From: Octopus sinensis
Lineage: Eukaryota
NCBI RefSeq assembly: GCF_006345805.1
Contig: NW_021835842.1
Location: 1 to 37,981, forward strand
Reading direction: 5' to 3'
Length of the DNA stretch: 37,981 nt
Shown here: positions 1 to 12,069 of the stretch, piece after piece
Layout of the letters: each line of letters begins with the position of its first letter
Numbering within the stretch: the stretch's first letter is position 1
The notes under the pieces: model-generated
What the model was told of the DNA's origin: nothing
What the model saw: only the letters and a program-made list of their open reading frames with translations
Database searches by the model: none
Program-made: the position numbers and the translations under genes

Positions 1-95
1 ATATGGCGGGCTGCTTTCAGGTTCGTGTACCAAATTCACTCAGAAAGCAAGAGACTCGGGTCGAGGCTATAGTACAACACACTTTTGCAAGGTTA
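1..95 (-). mobile_element. Degenerate fragment of the OK-like tRNA-derived SINE
   Basis: ggctgctttcaggttcgtgtaccaaattcactca...gaggctatagtacaacacactt aligns by eye to the reverse complement of about 467-555. Confidence 0.7.
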
Positions 96-103
96 TTTCT
101 AAC

Positions 104-135
104 GTGTATATATATATTATATATATATATATGTG

Positions 136-194
<59 letters not shown>

Positions 195-231
195 GGTGTG
201 TGTTGTGCGTGTGTGTTTGTGTTGTGTATAC

Positions 232-268
<37 letters not shown>

Positions 269-270
269 AT
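104..270. repeat. Compound (TA)n/(TG)n microsatellite
   Basis: Seen directly. Confidence 0.95.
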
Positions 271-390
271 ATATCTGTGAGTGTTTCTGCGTCTCTCTCT
301 GTAACTATATATATATTGATATATACATGTATATAGTTAAGTTAAGTTAATATTAAAAAAATTAGATTCTTATACTTATACTTATACATA

Positions 391-757
391 GGCGCAGGAG
401 TGGCTGTGTGGTAAGTAGCTTGCTAACCAACCACATGGTTCCGGGTTCAGTCCCACTGCGTGGCATCTTGGGCAAGTGTCTTCTGCTATAGCCCCGGGCC
501 GACCAATGCCTTGTGAGTGGATTTGGTAGACGGAAACTGAAAGAAGCCTGTCGTATATATGTATATATATTATATGTGTGTGTGTTGTGTGTCTGTGTTT
601 GTCCCCCTAGCATTGCTTGACAACCGATGCTGGTGTGTTTACGTCCCCGTCACTTAGCGGTTCGGCAAAAAGAGACCGATAGAATAAGTACTAAAATGGT
701 GGTGCTCCAGCATGGCCGCAGTCAAATGACTGAAACAAGTAAAAGAGTAAAAGAGTA
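391..757 (+). mobile_element. tRNA-derived SINE (octopus OK-like), near full length with an internal microsatellite and a short internal deletion
   Basis: A-box-like tggctgtgtggtaa, B-box-like ggttcagtccc, CORE-like cttgggcaagtgtctt and a (gtaaaaga)n tail. Colinear with the copy at 35542-36066, which keeps a segment missing here after gaataagtact. Confidence 0.88.
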
Positions 758-792
758 TACATAAACACATATATAGATAGATAGATCATTTA

Positions 793-1019
793 TCTTTTAT
801 CTTTCAACTGTTTCCATCATTTCTGATTGTGGCCATGCTAGAGTACCACCTGAAAGCTTTTTACTTGAACGAGACTTCACCAGGACACACACACTTTTAA
901 CAGCTTGGCACTTAGTCTATTGGAGTCTTTTAAAAAAATGATATCTTATGGGGACTGAGACTGGACCCAGGATCATGTTGCTAGGAGGCAGACTTCTTAC
1001 CACACAGCCTCGCCTGTAC
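793..1019 (-). mobile_element. Older, internally deleted copy of the same OK-like SINE
   Basis: Tail tcttttatc...tgtggccatgctagagtaccacc and head gggactg...ggacccaggatcatgttg...cttaccacacagcc are reverse complements of the two ends of 391-757. Confidence 0.78.
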
Positions 1020-1585
1020 ATGCAATGTGTGCGTGTATGTGTGTGTTTTGAGTTTCTGTTTGTGTGTGTTTGTATGTGATTGTGAGATTGTGTTTTGTGC
1101 ATGTGTGTGTGTGTGTGTGCCTGCGCGGAAGTCCGTCTGTGTGTACATGTATGTGAGAAAGTTTGTCGTTTCATAATTTCTTAGAATATTTAATTTAATA
1201 TGAACACTTCAGGTGCAGGAATGTAATGCATTTTCCTATATGTGCCTTCATTTCCCCAACAGACGCGTGTTGAGCCTATACAAAAGGTTGTTTTCTACCT
1301 GATATTCTAAACTCCAGTTTGTCCCAAATCTGTATGGAATACTCACGCTAATTCAATTGACATTCTGTTTTAACAAATGAAGGATCTTAATCTCTAAGAG
1401 ATACCAAAGTACATTACAACTATGCGCGCGCGAACATACACACATTGAACGATACGCACACGCTTAGATGACGCCCCCTCCTCGCCCCCATGTACTCCAA
1501 TTCAAATAAATATTTGTTCGTGGTTGTCATTTTATACGTGACAAGTACGTATTTGTCTTCGTTTGTGTGTATGTATTGTTATACC

Positions 1586-2007
1586 GAAGGCGGCGAGCTG
1601 GCAGAAACGTTAGAACGCCAGGCGAAATGCTTAGCGGTATTTCGTCTGTCTCTACGGCCTGAGTTCAAATTCCGCCGAGGTCGGCTTTGCGCTTCATCCT
1701 TTCGGGGTCGATTAAATAAGTACCAGTTACTCACTGGGGTCGATATAATCGACTTAATCCGTTTGTCTGTCTTGTTTGTCCTCTCTGCGTTTAGCCCCTT
1801 GTGGGTAGTAAAGAAATAGGTATTTCATCTGCCGCTACGTTCTGAGTTCAAATTCCGCCGAGGTCGACTTTGCCATTTATCCTTTCGGGGTCGATTAAAT
1901 AAGTACCAGTTACTCACTGGGTTCTATATAATCGACTTAATCCGTTTGTCTGTCCTTGCTTGTCCTCTCTGTGTTTAGACCCTTGTGGGTAGTAAAGAAA
2001 TAGGTAT
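1586..2007 (+). mobile_element. tRNA-derived Nin-domain-like SINE with a tandemly duplicated body (unit about 183-184 bp)
   Basis: Head ggcggcgagctggcagaa, B-box-like gagttcaaattc and Nin-like cttcatcctttcggggtcgattaaataagtaccag. The unit-start ggtat recurs at 1636, 1819 and 2003. Confidence 0.85.
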
Positions 2008-2375
2008 ATTATCATGTTTGTATCTTATGAAATATCTTAAAGCTATCTATACGTATATGTATTTGTGGGTAAAATTGCATGCAATAAATACTATATCATC
2101 CTTGTTTTAGCCATATGCTTGTATTATATGTGTACATATATATATTTATACACTTGTCATATGATAACGACACACGCCCCTTCCACACCCACCCACCCAC
2201 ACACATACACACACACAGAAGTGTTTATATGTGCGTGGATCCAAAAATGTATACATAAGAATTTAAACTCTTGTACGTAGTCACACAGACACTTCTACCA
2301 CTTTTACGTCCCATATGCACACACTCAACCACGCATTTTTATTTACATAGCTGAATATATTTGTAAGTGTGTATA

Positions 2376-2590
2376 TACAATACCGTGCAAAAGTCTCCGG
2401 CCACTTTAAACTATTGTTAATTTCTACTAATTACCAACTTTAAAGTGGATGTTTCGCATTGTGTCTTTCTCAGATGAAACACTGGCCCTTCTGAAATCAT
2501 TTCCATACCTAATCATTATATTTTGTAGTAGGGGTTCTGATCGAGAGGGTAAGATGCAAGACAACCACCAAAAGTTTTCGGCCACCCCAC
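2376..2590 (+). mobile_element. Possible Tc1-like terminal remnant
   Basis: TA followed by caataccgtgcaaaagt resembles Tc1 termini. A 17-mer caaaagtNNNcggccac is directly repeated at 2388-2404 and 2569-2585 (15/17 identical). No opposite end was found. Confidence 0.3.
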
Positions 2591-2966
2591 ATAAACCAGT
2601 CTAGATACAGTGTTTCAAAACAGAAAAATGTCTATAATGAAAATTTATTACGTAATGTTCATTTCATTGAGGATATATTTCGATTGGTTTCCTTTAGTTT
2701 CAGTAATCGCTTCAATGCGCCCAGGAAGAGATGTGTACAAATCTATCTATTTGAAATAATTGAATTTGATGAGTTAGCAGATGAAGTTTAAATGAATTAC
2801 TGAAAATGTCGCTTTATAGATACACTTTTTCAAATTTCAAGTTTTGTTTTTCACACATCCACTTGCGGTGTTTGACTTTTCCTTCATTGTGAAAAGTACA
2901 ATGAAGGAGGGAAGAGTGAGGTAAGATTTTTTTTTTTTACTTGTTGCAGAATGTAGAAAAAGATAA

Positions 2967-3278
2967 TGTTGTTGTTGTTGTTGTTGTTGTTTCTTCCTTC
3001 GCAAGCCATTGCTGGCCGGTTTCCCGGTTTGCTTGGCGTATAGGTTCCCCACCTGGACAGGACGCCGGTCCGTCGCAGGTGAGCTGCAAGATGTAGGAGG
3101 AAAGAGTGAGAGAAAGTTGTGGCGAAAGAGTCAGCAGAAGTTTGCCATTACCTTCTGCCGGAGCCGCGTGGAGCTTAAGTGTTTCGCTCATAAACACACA
3201 CGTCACCAGGTTTGAGATTCGAACCCGCGATCCCTCGACCGCGAGTCCGCTGCGCTAACCACAAGGCCATGTGCCTCC
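2967..3278 (-). mobile_element. tRNA(Arg)-like-headed SINE (OR1/OR2-like) with (AAC)n tail
   Basis: Minus-strand head ggaggcacatggccttgtggttagcgcagcggactcgcggtc...gggttcgaatc carries A and B boxes. Candidate 12-bp TSD agaaaaag(a/g)taa at 2955-2966 and 3281-3292. Confidence 0.88.
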
Positions 3279-3363
3279 ACAGAAAAAGGTAAAGGGTTAG
3301 AAAATAATAAAAAAGGAAAACACATTTTTGTGATTGCTCTTGTTCCAAAGCCATGAAGAGAAA

Positions 3364-3520
3364 GTGTGTGTGTGTGTGTGCATGTGTGCGTATGTGAGTG
3401 TATCTATGTGTGTGTGTGAGTGTGTGTGTGTGTGAGTGTGTGTGTGAGTGTGTTTGTGTGAGTGTGTGTGTGTGTGAGTGTGTATGTGTGTGTGTGAGAG
3501 AGAGAGAGAGAGAGTGTGTG
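3364..3520. repeat. (TG)n/(GA)n microsatellite
   Basis: Seen directly. Confidence 0.95.
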
Positions 3521-4499
3521 GGTAGAGATACCAATATCTAAAAGACGGATTTTAAAATTTCTTCTTTTAAAACGGTTTCCCTTCATTATTTAGTAAGGCA
3601 TGAGAAATAAATAAATAGAAAATAGGGGAAACCCCGACAAATAATGGGAAATTAAAACAGCTATTTTCCACAGTCTGTTTTTCCAGTCTCCAGTAAGAGT
3701 ATGCGGGGCACTATGAGTAATATTTACTGCATACTTGACTTTGAAGAAAATACAAATAAATGTTCACTACCTTGCCAAAACTGTATCAGTAAACACCTTC
3801 TCTAAACGCAGTAAAACCTATAAAATATTCAGTACACTATTTCAGAAAATTATCACTGTTTGCTTTGAACTTATAAAAGGTAAATTTAGACGGGGCAAAA
3901 TGGGTAAGACAAGACATTGTAACTATGTTTTTTCTGTTCTCAAGAATTAATTTTGAAAAGAGAATCATACACATAAACAGCGATCCTTAGATATCAGGAA
4001 ATGCAATAAAATTTAAAACATCTTGGTCAAATAAAAGAGGATTATGGAAAGAGAGCGCGTAATATTAAATTAATGAAACTCAACTAAATCTAAAAGCTCA
4101 AAATGAAATATTTTTTATAGCTTCTTCACTATAGTTTCTTCACCAAAAATTATTCAGATATTATATCAGCTAGCTCAGTTACAAATGGGTCAAATCTGAG
4201 GGAAAATGTCTTGAAAATAGTACCTGTCACCAATATTTCAAACTTTTAACTTCAACAACAACTATGTAACCTATTCTGACCAAATTTTACTCCCAAAGAT
4301 GATGAAATGGTAGAAAATGAAAGAAATAACAAGAAATAAAAAAAATATTGATTTTGATGCAGTTACCAATTTTGCCCTACTACCATTTGGTAACTCCAAG
4401 TGTTTGACAGAATGACAAAAAATATATTCAAAAATAATAAAGAAAAAGGATTCAAATGTAAGAAACATTTGAAAATAATTGCAATAATTCTAAATCTGA

Positions 4500-5275
<776 letters not shown>

Positions 5276-5309
5276 ACACACATACCGATGTATGTATGTA
5301 TGATTTTTC

Positions 5310-6600
5310 TTTGAGTTCATCTTAGATCTTCTCGAGAGAGTTCAAGCCAGTTGCTAACAAAACATGGACAAATTTTAGAATGTCTTACAAATGTTCATTC
5401 TACCATTAATACATTGGATTTGAAAAATCCGAGTTAGTTTCATTTGCTCTACTCCAGTGAAACCGAGTATTTTAAGGTTTTTGTGCAAATTTGTGGGAAC
5501 ATAGTCTAATGCACTTATTTTCACAGGTACAAATGAAATGCAAATTCAGAGTACAAGACCTGTAATTTCTGCATTAATTCACCATAAATATTCTATTTTA
5601 CCTGAACATTCGATTGTACATTAAACATCCATTGGGCAGCTGACCTCTACAACAATATAAGCTGTTATGTTTGCACCGAATTGATGTTTTAATGGGGTGT
5701 TCCATCAGTATTCTTTGTTTTTTAAAGGTGTGAATGTTTTTTGGCTCTGACATGCCTTTGAAGTATACGTCAGGGCAGTTCTTCCCACGGATAACATTGT
5801 GAATATTCTATGCACAACTGAACCACAACGTGGAGATTCGGTGCTATCTTTGTCCCTCTTGTTTATCAGGTATTTAGCGGCTATATCCTATTCTGGGATA
5901 GCAAAGACATTCCTTCTAGGTGAGTTGTAATGTATATATCGCAGGTCCAGGAAAGGATACTCTTCCCGTCAATGCTGTTGTTGTCCTCTTACATAGCTTA
6001 CGGGATATATACTCACGTATTGCTTTATGCTGGTATGATGCCTGCTTCCCTTCAAAACTTCTAGTTAGATAGGCCAGTCAAGCCTCCTGTGGATCGCATG
6101 TGTCATCTGTATTCTCATAGAATCCATTACATTTTTTAAGAAGTCACAGTAGTTCTCTAACTCTGAAGACGTTGTTGCTCTCACTTTTGAGTATGCATGG
6201 AATGTACTCATTTTTTCTTTACTGTTCAGCGGTTGTCACATGTCCGTGTAGTTGTGACGGTTGTTATTGTTGTGTTCGTCTTGGTCGTGTTTTCTGCCGA
6301 TCACAGTCACTTCGCAGAAGATGCTTACTCTGTTGTTAACACGAATATTATCATTTGTGCATTTTGGCTGGGAGATTTTGTTTGCTAAGGTGACATATTT
6401 CTTTTCAAGAAAAGTACCTTACTGGCGTAATTGAGCTGCTGAAAATTTTGAGAATGTTGGGCATTCCATATCCCAATATTCCTTAAGTCTCTTCATGTAG
6501 CCTTTCGAAGGATCTTCACAACACTTTCAGTAGAACTGGTATTGGTCTTGGTTCAGTTCACAAGTCTACTGGAACTTTTTTTATCTGGATAGCTAACTCT
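5310..6600 (-). mobile_element. Decayed non-LTR retrotransposon N-terminal region, R4/Dong-like
   Basis: Minus-strand translation near 6400-6580 reads *TCELNQDQYQFY*KCCEDPSKGYMKRLKEYWDMECPTFSKFSAAQLRQ, resembling the N-terminal WT.E.N..GY.KR...W...QL.DQ block of R4-clade ORFs. A P.WM-like motif follows near 5630. Boundaries are approximate. Confidence 0.5.
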
Positions 6601-7089
6601 CGATTCTTTGAATGTGTGTATGTATACATTGATTGATAGATTGATTGAGTGATTGCTCTATAACTATTCTTAGATATGGATTAGTAAGTCTGTAAGTCAA
6701 ATTATCTGGGTTTATAGAATTTTAATCTTCATGTAGCAATGTAGGGCTTCCTACGTTAAGTATTTCTTCGCTGTAAGAGCCACGAGTACCAAAATATAAT
6801 TGTCGTGACATAAACATGCACATCCTCACTGAAGACTTCCATATTCTTTGGAAATGACCATTTTATATGCATGAAGATTTTGTGGACATATATTTCTATT
6901 TAGACTTCTCCTGACATTATTCTAATCCTTCTTGAAACTATGTAAATTCTATGAAAACTGTCTTTTCATAAATCACCGGGAACTGATTCAGCCGGTTATT
7001 GATACATAAGTGAGCGATGGTAAAACGATTATTAACAACCTAACTTGAATTTTATTTTTGATGGGGTCTGCAGACCCCATTTCCCAAGA

Positions 7090-8465
7090 TTTCAATGGGG
7101 CTAAACTTATTCATCCGTTTGAGTAAAAATAGAACAAACTGAATTTCTGGCAGTCTTGGTAAGAATACTCCTGAATCAGCTCATTCACTATCATACCAAT
7201 ACAATCTACTTCCAGAGAACCAATATGGATGTCGATGGAAAATGGACACAACTGTTATGATCTTCACTCTAAAATAATCTGAAAGAAATGTTTAACATCA
7301 TTTGTTGATCCTATGATGGCGTATGGTGTTTGCGGAAAATATTTCCAAATATGGTTATCTAATCATGTTTGTGTATTTTGTGCGGAAATTGCATAATGGC
7401 ATGTGGCGAATTTTTGATGAAATGGAAATATGAATACTTCTCCTTCGCAAATGCTGTGGAACAGCATTGTTTAATTTTTGTTTACATTCTTTCTTATTTT
7501 GGCAGTTACCCTTTTTAAATTATAAATTATGATGTATGTGGTTCCAAAATATAGTATTGATATTGGGTACAGCTATGGTAGAAAATGTGTATCTTTGCAA
7601 ATTGCAAGTAAAAAACAAATCATAAGCTTATAAATATCTGTGCTTTCTGAATAACTGTTGCTTTCAAATAGCTGAGAATTACTTGTGCCTGATGAGTCTA
7701 CTATGCAATGCATATGTCGATCACTTCTCAAAGGTTTGTAACAATTTTGGATTCACTACTAGCTTGGCAAAAACAGTTCTTCATCTAGTCATCTCTTGTC
7801 TTGCGGAAAGCGTTCCTCTTGAAATATAAGTAAGTGGAACTAAGTTGTAAAATATAAACAACTTAGAATATCTTGGAGGTACATGGTTCTCAAATGTTTG
7901 CAATAATACTGAGGTGATTTCGTGTATCGGAGAGCTGAATCCTGCTTTTGGTAAACTGCAGCATGCGGTACCGCACAATCGACTTATCTGTGTAGATACC
8001 AAAACTACGATTTATAATACTGTCATCCACCCTAGTTTACTTTAAGAAAAGTTTGGCGAGTGTACCTGTGCCATGCAAAAAAGCTAATATCACTTCTAAG
8101 AAAGATTGTAAGCGTAAGTGACAGGATGAAATTTCCAATACAGTGGTCCTAAGTTGTACTAATTCACCTAGATTATTTGGTAAGCTGGGTGACACATTGT
8201 CTGAATGGTTGTCTGTCAATAGCAGTTCTTGTACCCATTCGTTGCAAATGCAGGGTGGTTGTTGAAGCATCGTACAAAAGATGAAAAATGCAAGAACAGC
8301 AAGACTTGCATAATCAATCAAATCCCACTGGAGAATATTGTTGGAGACATGGAAAGAAAGTTAACACCAGCAGCTCAAAGTCATTTTGTTCTTTACGAAT
8401 CTTATAGCAGAGGCCGAATCACAACAAATCAGTCTTGGTGTAACTGAACACCGGCATGTGGCGCC
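7090..8465 (+). mobile_element. RTE-clade LINE reverse transcriptase remnant (heavily frameshifted pseudogene)
   Basis: Ordered RT motifs: LPENQYGCRWKMDTTVMIFTL (LPESQCGFR..TTDMIFTL), FVD, LHNGM, decayed GVKQGC and LL(FA)DD, DHFSKVCNNFGFTTSLAKT, YLGGT, AFGKLQH, TKTTIYNTV, QDEISNTVVL and a terminal WR. Confidence 0.88.
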
Positions 8466-9080
8466 TGAGACATATATATATATCCTTACTAGAAAGGATC
8501 TTCTCAGTTATACAACGCGTAAAAGGGAAATCACCTAATTCTCTCCTCTACCTCCTCCATTTCCCCCGCTTCCTATTTTTTCTGAAGTTGCCACATATGG
8601 TCTTCAGATTTAGGGAAAAACGTATATATACGTATAAATACGTATGCATTCGCATGCATGCGCACGCGCGCATAAACACACACACATCCATTCATACGTA
8701 TAAATATGCATAACTATATGCATTCACACATGCATAGTACATGCATACACACATCCATATTTTTCCCCATACAAATACTGAGTATCTCCAGATTCCTCAT
8801 TTTCACACTACTTTCCAAAACTATGAAGTTGTAAATAAATCTAATTAAAGACTCTAAGCGCACGGCCAGTTTAATTTCTTATTGTAAATGTATGTATATA
8901 TGTTGAATGTATGCTTGTATATATATATGAATATGTGCGTATATATGTATAAATGTATAAATAAATACGGGAGTGTGTGTGTGTGTAAAGTGAGAGAGAG
9001 AGGGAAATATATGCGTATGTTTATTTATACATACTGTTTTCAGCGTTCATGTAATGCATATAGTTAATTTAGTAAGTCAG

Positions 9081-9082
<2 letters not shown>

Positions 9083-9151
<69 letters not shown>

Positions 9152-9160
9152 CTCTATCTA

Positions 9161-9230
<70 letters not shown>
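9083..9230. repeat. Compound (TATC)n(TC)n(TA)n microsatellite
   Basis: Seen directly. Confidence 0.95.
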
Positions 9231-9232
<2 letters not shown>

Positions 9233-9440
9233 GGCACTCCGTCCGTTACAACGATTATTTTTCCTTGATCCGATCAACGGAACACCCTGCTTTTGAAATG
9301 AACATGAAAGTGGCTGAGCATTCCACAGACTCAGGTACCGTTAACGTAGTTCTCAGGTAGATTCAGCGTGACACGGAATGAGACAAGTCTGAATTACAGG
9401 CACTACTCATTTTTGCCAGTTGAAGGAAACTGGAGCAATT
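9231..9440 (-). mobile_element. 5'-truncated SINE fragment (core shared with the 36723-37030 family, different tail)
   Basis: ctcatttttgccagttgaaggaaactggagcaa matches ctcatttctacagctgagtgaactggagcaa at about 36888-36918. Confidence 0.6.
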
Positions 9441-9446
9441 TAAAAG

Positions 9447-9831
9447 AAAGCAAATTAAATAAAATTTGGGATTTTTTGCGGAGGGCTAAAAGTGTTAACA
9501 AGAACAGTACAGTAAGAACAAAACAAGACAGTAAAAATAATAAAAGTAAAAACAGTAAAAGACAGAACAAAGAGAATAGCACAGTAAAATTAAATGATGA
9601 GGGTTGTTAAGCCAAGACGATGGAAAAATTATTTTGAACTCTTGAGGAGACAAATTATGAGAGAGACAGAATAGTCCCCATCGTTTGTTTTTACTGTGTT
9701 ATTTTCTTTGTTCTATCTTTTACTGTTTTTACTTTTATTATTTTTACTGTCTTCTTTTCGTCTTAATATCTTGTTCTTGTTACCGCTTTTGACCCACCGC
9801 AAAAAATCTCAAATTTTATTTCATTTGCTTT
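9447..9831. repeat. Long imperfect inverted repeat (foldback/MITE-like), arms about 155 bp, spacer about 70 bp
   Basis: aaagcaaattaaataaaatttgggattttttgcgg...agacagtaaaaataataaaagtaaaaacagtaaaaga is the reverse complement of tcttttactgtttttacttttattatttttactgtct...ccgcaaaaaatctcaaattttatttcatttgcttt. Confidence 0.92.
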
Positions 9832-10161
9832 GCGGGAAGGACTGTTTCAACGAAGCCACGTCTTGTTCTTAGCTTCGAACGCGGAGTAGACGAAACAGGG
9901 ACAACTGAAGAAAGGAAATATTCCTTGTGTTGTATGTCTTGTAATCTGCATTTTTTGTTGTTTGAAAAATAGTTCGTTTCTATGTTTTTGTTTTTATGTT
10001 TTCATTTCTCATTGTGTTCAACGTTTTTTTGATGTCCTGTACCCATATATGTATGCATATATACATATAGATGTAGTAAGTACATATATGTATGTATATA
10101 TGCATATATTTATATATTATTTATATCATTATATGATCGAACGCCACGCATCCTTTTCCAA

Positions 10162-10197
<36 letters not shown>

Positions 10198-11149
10198 ATA
10201 TATAAGGAATGGCCATAATAGGACATTCGACTCACTAGAAAGAGTAGCCAAACTCCAACCACTAATAGTTGTAATTCTGAATGGAAAGAGAAATAAAAAC
10301 GTTTACCCTCTCCTTTCTGGACTACGCATAGTTTCGGCAATCTTTACTAAATATATTAATTAAGTTAAATTTATTTACAACAATATTATATATATATATA
10401 TATTATATATATATATATATACACATAAGTTTATATAAGTATATATGCATATAGATACATATACACATGTTTATCTACATATAGATACATACGTATTTAT
10501 ACATACATGCTATACATACATACACATACTCAGACACACATATATGTATATGTATGTACTTTAAATTTACATTTCGGTGTGAGACATCTAGCTCCTTCTT
10601 TTTGAATGAACACACTAAATATGCTTAAATAACTCTACGTTTTTCTTTTTTTGGGGTGGAGGGGCAAATGTATATATGCATCTGTATATTTGGGAGGGGC
10701 ACGAATGTTTATGCGTATATTTACACGTTCATCTCAATGCGTCAAGTAAGGAAAATAGGTAACAATTAAGTAACTATTTTCGCTATAAATTGCATCAATA
10801 TCTCACTTTCTTTCAATTTTTTGTACATTAGAATTTAGATAATGTTCGTAACTATATATACTTCGTCCACTACCAACCATGATTCGCATCACTTTGTTTC
10901 AGAACCTCGTTAATTTTTTGACATTAACTTTATTGACCATTAGTTGCTTTGTGTTTATGCAGTGACATCATCAATTAAATGATTTGTTTTGTGTGAAGAC
11001 TGAGGATATTACCTCAGTAATTTGTTCACAACTAACAAGAGCAAATTCAAATGGAATGGAAGTATTTAACCGAGGCTTCTATTTGAAAAGTTAATTGTCA
11101 GTTATATCTTGATATCGCTAGTGATAACAATACTCAAAATATATAACAG

Positions 11150-12040
11150 ACTGGAATTGTAGGCCCGTCTCTTGCATTTTCGATCAATTGTATCTTGTCC
11201 TCTCTCTTGTATAGAAGTGTGGCTACAATCCAGCCAACCTCTACTTCTGGGGGGACATTTTAAATTTTTATCCGGGACGTCCTACGTCCCAGATACAAAG
11301 GGAAGAATAAATTATTTCCACTTTGCAAGGTTCGAGTCGAGCACTTCCTTGCACGCTGCGTTGACTCGAACCTTGCTTCTATTGTGGCGAATTTACAGCC
11401 TCTGGTTAGATACTTGATATCTTACATAGTCGCACAAAGACACTTTTCGATGGTGCTTTCCTCCAGGTGTTCAAATCTTTTTTTTTCTCTACCTTGTATA
11501 CTTTATAGACAATAGTCTTTTCTTTCATTTAATTTTTTATTTCGTTTGGTGGTGTCATCCTAGATTCACCGTCTTTGTCGGTGATCAATCCGAAATAGGT
11601 TTGTATTTCTTCCATTTTAATTTTAATGAGTTGGTGCCCGCCGACGGCAGCAGCGAAATTCATTTTTGGACTTTCTTCTATCGAAGGCATTTTTAACAAA
11701 AATGCTTCCGTATAAACGGTGAAAATATTGTCAATTTCCCCAAACAGGGATAGAATTCAATTTTTAAACAATAACCAAAGCTCCTTTTCCCAAAGGGGGT
11801 GGGTTACAGTTTACAATTATTTAACAGATACAACACAACAACGTTTCCCTTACGAGGAACCAACAAACGTGATAACAATAGTTAAACAATAATAATAATA
11901 ACAACAAACCTTACGGTGAATCAAAAAGCAGTACGCAGCTGAAGCTATAGTCCTTTATGTATAAGAAATAAACCAACAGCAGTACTCAGTAGAAGTACTG
12001 TTCGAGAATGTCTGTTCGAGAAAACAGACATTCCATACAG
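11150..12040 (-). mobile_element. 5' UTR and disrupted ORF1 of a Tx1/L1-like LINE
   Basis: ATG at 11690 gives MPSIEESPKMNFAAAVGG. Downstream frames give KEKTIVYKVYKVEKK..IKYLTRGCKFATIEARFES..YLGRRTSRIKI.NVPPEVEVGWIVATLL. The FAAAV and I.NVPPEV motifs are typical of RRM-type LINE ORF1 proteins. Confidence 0.6.
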
Positions 12041-12069
12041 CCAAAGTTCATACAGATACTTAATGCTAG

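Noticed and set aside
2443-2603. FSDE and MQDN as Tc1 catalytic motifs
   Set aside because: Spacing is far too short, they lie too close to the putative TIR, and there is no other transposase similarity. Likely chance.
3200-3278. tRNA gene calls for SINE heads (also 391-460, 29940-30006, 36960-37030)
   Set aside because: A/B boxes are present but there is no complete cloverleaf, and each continues into a SINE core and tail.
7686-7720. CTGATGAG as a hammerhead core
   Set aside because: No downstream stem II plus GAAA. It coincides with the decayed RT (F/Y)ADD motif of the RTE remnant.
9903-9930. CTGAAGA followed by an aagg-aaatatt-cctt hairpin as a hammerhead
   Set aside because: No GAAA follows the hairpin and no stem I/III partner was found.
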